Shown piece by piece: positions 30,852-32,000 of a DNA stretch of 32,000 bases (position 1 is the first letter of the stretch; the number at the start of each line of letters is the position of its first letter). Source of the stretch: Mycolicibacterium smegmatis (GTDB taxonomy: Bacteria > Actinomycetota > Actinomycetes > Mycobacteriales > Mycobacteriaceae); NCBI RefSeq assembly GCF_001457595.1, contig NZ_LN831039.1, forward strand, positions 1,770,001 through 1,802,000, read 5' to 3'. The position numbers and the translations under genes are program-made. Below the pieces are notes generated by a model. That model saw only the letters and a list, made by a program, of their open reading frames with translations, was not told where the DNA came from and searched no databases.

Positions 30852-32000
30852 ATGACCGCCTTCACACAGCTGAAACAGGCAGACGGGACGCTCGTCGATT
30901 TCGCGCCGTCCTCATCACCTCCGGTGAAGCGGCCGTCCCGCTGGTCGCCGGCGAACTGGCCCGTGAGCCGGAAAGTTCTCGCGATCGTCCTCGTTCCGTT
31001 GATCCTCGCCGCGACATTCGGCGGATTGCGCATTTACGCGTCCGTCACCGAGGCGGCGGATCTGCGACTGGCCGCCGACCGTGCCGAACTGATCCCCGAC
31101 ATCAACAACTACATGGCGGCATTGGAAGGTGTTCTGGTCGCCAGTAGCGGGGCCGGGGACGGACAGGCCGCATTGGCCACATTCGATTCGCGCAAATCCG
31201 AATTGCAGCAGCGGGTGGATTCCACCGATGTTCTCGGCGACGTCCGCGAGGCGGTGGGCACGATGCTCGACAAGGGGCAGACCCTCGTCGACGCCTCGAT
31301 GGCCAACACGGTCGGGTTGCGCCAGCGCATCCTGGATTACGCGCCGCTGCTGCTGACCGCCGAGGCCGCGGTCACCGGGTCGACGCACAGTGCCGATCAG
31401 AGGGTGCAGACCGAGGCAGAAGCGCTCGGGCGGGCCATCGGCGCCCGTGGCCAGATGACCATCCAGGAGATGATGGTCAACCGCGGCGCCGAGGAACCCG
31501 AACCGGTGCTGCGCAAGTCGATGATCACGATGGCGGGCACCGAGCCGTCCACCGTCGCCGCGCTCACCAAGGTGCTGGGCAGCGCGTCCGACGACGCGAC
31601 GACGCTGCGCGACGAGATGGTCAAGCGCATGGCCATCATGGCCAACCCCGGAATCCCGTTGGTGGGCAACCCGGTCCTGCTGGAGTCGCTTGAGAACACC
31701 CGCAAGATCGCCGAGCAGATCATCACCGACAACACCTCGGCGATCCCGGCCGCGGTCGAGGCCGAGGCCGCCGACGCGCGCAACGACGCCATCCGCGATT
31801 CCGTGCTCGTGGCGCTCGCGGTGATCAGCGCGCTGGTGGTCGTGTTGCTGGTGGCCCGCTCGCTCGTGCGTCCGCTGCGGACCCTGCGCGACGGCGCGCT
31901 CAAGGTCGCCCACGAGGATCTGGCGAAGGAGATCGAACGGGTCCGCGCGGGTGGCGAGCCCGGGCCGATCACCCCGCTGCCCGTGTACACCTCGGAGGAG
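30852..32000 (+). CDS. Sensor histidine kinase-like protein, N-terminal part (TM, nitrate/nitrite-sensing-type periplasmic helical domain, TM, HAMP); first gene of an Rv3365c-type conservon; runs off the window end
   Basis: The frame is not in the ORF track because it has no stop. Hand translation gives MTAFTQLKQADGT...WPVSRKVLAIVLVPLILAATFGGLRIYAS (TM1), then about 250 aa of helical sensor domain, then VLVALAVISALVVVLLVARSLVRPLRTLRDGALKVAHEDL (TM2 plus HAMP). The position after trmL matches M. tuberculosis Rv3366/Rv3365c. The ATG at 30852 has no clear SD, so the start is uncertain. Confidence 0.78.
   Translation, partial: MTAFTQLKQADGTLVDFAPSSSPPVKRPSRWSPANWPVSRKVLAIVLVPLILAATFGGLRIYASVTEAADLRLAADRAELIPDINNYMAALEGVLVASSGAGDGQAALATFDSRKSELQQRVDSTDVLGDVREAVGTMLDKGQTLVDASMANTVGLRQRILDYAPLLLTAEAAVTGSTHSADQRVQTEAEALGRAIGARGQMTIQEMMVNRGAEEPEPVLRKSMITMAGTEPSTVAALTKVLGSASDDATTLRDEMVKRMAIMANPGIPLVGNPVLLESLENTRKIAEQIITDNTSAIPAAVEAEAADARNDAIRDSVLVALAVISALVVVLLVARSLVRPLRTLRDGALKVAHEDLAKEIERVRAGGEPGPITPLPVYTSEE

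Noticed and set aside
1-32000. Search for CRISPR arrays, tRNA/rRNA genes, IS elements, integrases, prophage or known defence genes
   Set aside because: I saw no spaced direct-repeat arrays, no cloverleaf-like or rRNA-like segments, and no transposase, integrase or recombinase motifs in any frame. Absence is judged by eye only and should be confirmed with tRNAscan-SE, Infernal, ISfinder and DefenseFinder.

Overview
This is a high-GC actinobacterial chromosomal window. By eye it looks like a Mycolicibacterium smegmatis-type locus, syntenic from memory with the M. tuberculosis Rv3400-Rv3365c region. I support about 30 protein genes. I saw no rRNA, tRNA, CRISPR array, transposase or integrase.

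Gene order:
- HAD/beta-phosphoglucomutase-like hydrolase (partial, minus strand)
- guaA
- TetR regulator
- polar amino-acid ABC importer: lipoprotein substrate-binding protein, permease, and an ATPase that has lost its 5' third
- signal-less gamma-glutamyltransferase
- minus-strand, translationally coupled envelope cluster: Thr-rich lipoprotein, membrane-anchored S53 sedolisin, double zinc-ribbon 8-TM protein, type-II anchored protein
- imuA'-imuB cassette behind an SOS box
- iunH
- acrA1-like fatty acyl-CoA reductase
- tandem-Usp protein coupled to an APC permease
- two mirror-image MmyB-like regulator/SDR pairs flanking a Lys/Ala-rich secreted protein
- dnaE2 behind a perfect SOS box
- divergent pair of unknown function (2-TM coiled-coil protein and an HTH protein)
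- nitroreductase
- trmL
- 5' part of a NIT/HAMP sensor kinase that opens the Rv3365c-type (mfp) conservon

The best-understood system is the split ImuA'-ImuB-DnaE2 SOS mutasome, which is already described.

The candidates I consider most worth follow-up are:
- the S53/zinc-ribbon envelope cluster
- the deletion-fused ABC permease/ATPase
- two abutting 18-bp palindromes upstream of the transporter
- the promoter architectures of imuA' and dnaE2
- a recurrent TAnnnT-N6/7-start (leaderless) pattern
- the mirrored MmyB/SDR module with a shared CCAGGTACC motif
- the unknown pair next to dnaE2

All calls come from reading motifs and frames by hand. No database search was run, so family names are recognition-level and functions of the unknown genes are hypotheses.
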